Source of the DNA: Dinoroseobacter sp. S76
GTDB taxonomy: Bacteria > Pseudomonadota > Alphaproteobacteria > Rhodobacterales > Rhodobacteraceae
Length of the DNA stretch: 64,000 nt
Assembly (NCBI RefSeq): GCF_049801095.1
Contig: NZ_JBNAGH010000001.1
Location: 612,208 to 676,207 of the forward strand
Direction: 5' to 3'
A model generated the notes under the pieces. That model did not search any database. It was not told the origin of the DNA and saw nothing but the letters and a program-made list of their open reading frames with translations. Both the position numbers and the translations under genes were made by a program. This document shows, one piece after another, positions 63,887 through 64,000 of this stretch; positions within the stretch are counted from its first letter, which is position 1, and the number at the start of each line of letters is the position of its first letter.

Positions 63887-64000
63887 AAACGTCGTGTCTT
63901 TTTGTGTAGTGCCCTTGTCTGGCCCCTCGCCGCCCAGGCGGCCCCTGTTCGTTACCAGCTCGCCCCGAAGAGCGAGGTGGAATTCACCTTCTTTCTCGCC
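63887..64000 (+). CDS. Secreted protein, 3'-truncated at window end (possibly YceI-like)
   Basis: 'MKRRVFLCSALVWPLAAQA' signal peptide followed by 'APVRYQLAPKSEVEFTF'. Confidence 0.35.

Noticed and set aside
1-64000. CRISPR arrays, tRNA/tmRNA genes, IS elements, integrases and prophage remnants
   Set aside because: There are no direct-repeat/spacer arrays, no cloverleaf-compatible sequences in any intergenic region above 60 nt, and no transposase- or integrase-like ORFs. Only the RTX/J-domain corner (nt ~1700-2200) shows a modest GC dip, with no flanking repeats, so a mobile element could not be supported.
63887-64000. imuB start immediately downstream of the imuA-like gene
   Set aside because: The downstream ORF begins with a classical Sec signal peptide (MKRRVFLCSALVWPLAAQA), incompatible with a cytoplasmic Y-family polymerase.

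Overview
This is a high-GC (about 64%) alphaproteobacterial chromosomal segment, Rhodobacteraceae/Roseobacter-like. It is densely coded with roughly 75 genes and has no CRISPR array, tRNA, rRNA, transposase or integrase. The ORF track translates GTG/TTG starts as M, so many listed ORFs are N-terminally over-extended. Dozens of long antisense ORFs are GC-composition artefacts. Starts were re-called from signal peptides, Shine-Dalgarno motifs and ATG checks. Coordinates located by hand (RNAs, motifs, hairpins) may be off by 1-3 nt. The window opens with the 3' part of a STAND NTPase (NB-ARC 'GLPLAL' motif plus TPR). It sits tail-to-tail with an apparent minus-strand operon of two paralogous RTX calcium-binding repeat proteins and a tiny J-domain-like ORF. 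Next come a DASS/TrkA-C transporter, a DMT permease, ymdB, 5-FCL, mgtE, guaD, an 8-oxoguanine-deaminase-like amidohydrolase, an IMPase, XRE and LysR regulators, qor, DUF1127 and BI-1. Then follow rpmG (missed by the ORF track), rnpB (RNase P RNA, minus strand, covered by spurious ORFs), an AmpD-like amidase, gatCA, tadA and rluB. A five-gene translationally coupled envelope-stress module follows: xpaC, telA, a lipoprotein, a YdjI-like SPFH+GYF protein and a YdjG-like double zinc-ribbon protein. After pfkB, dtd and DUF302 there is a complete thiosulfate-oxidation locus, soxFEDCBAZYXWV on the minus strand with a divergent soxS, a DUF336 gene, soxR and soxT, plus candidate SoxR operators. Downstream are an H-NOX/HNOBA-GGDEF NO-sensing pair, DUF4153, an MttB-family methyltransferase, a HAD hydrolase, DUF3572 divergent from pleD, and an EF-hand/ECF sigma/anti-sigma/Spy-like operon. 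The window ends with DUF983-NUDIX, an aldo-keto reductase, a DMT permease, a carnitine-dehydrogenase/thioesterase fusion, and a LexA (GTTC-N7-GTTC) box in front of a stand-alone imuA-like gene. The most unusual content is the STAND/RTX/J-domain corner, the PspA-less xpaC-telA-ydjI-ydjG stress operon, and several unexplained repeat or palindrome elements in intergenic regions.
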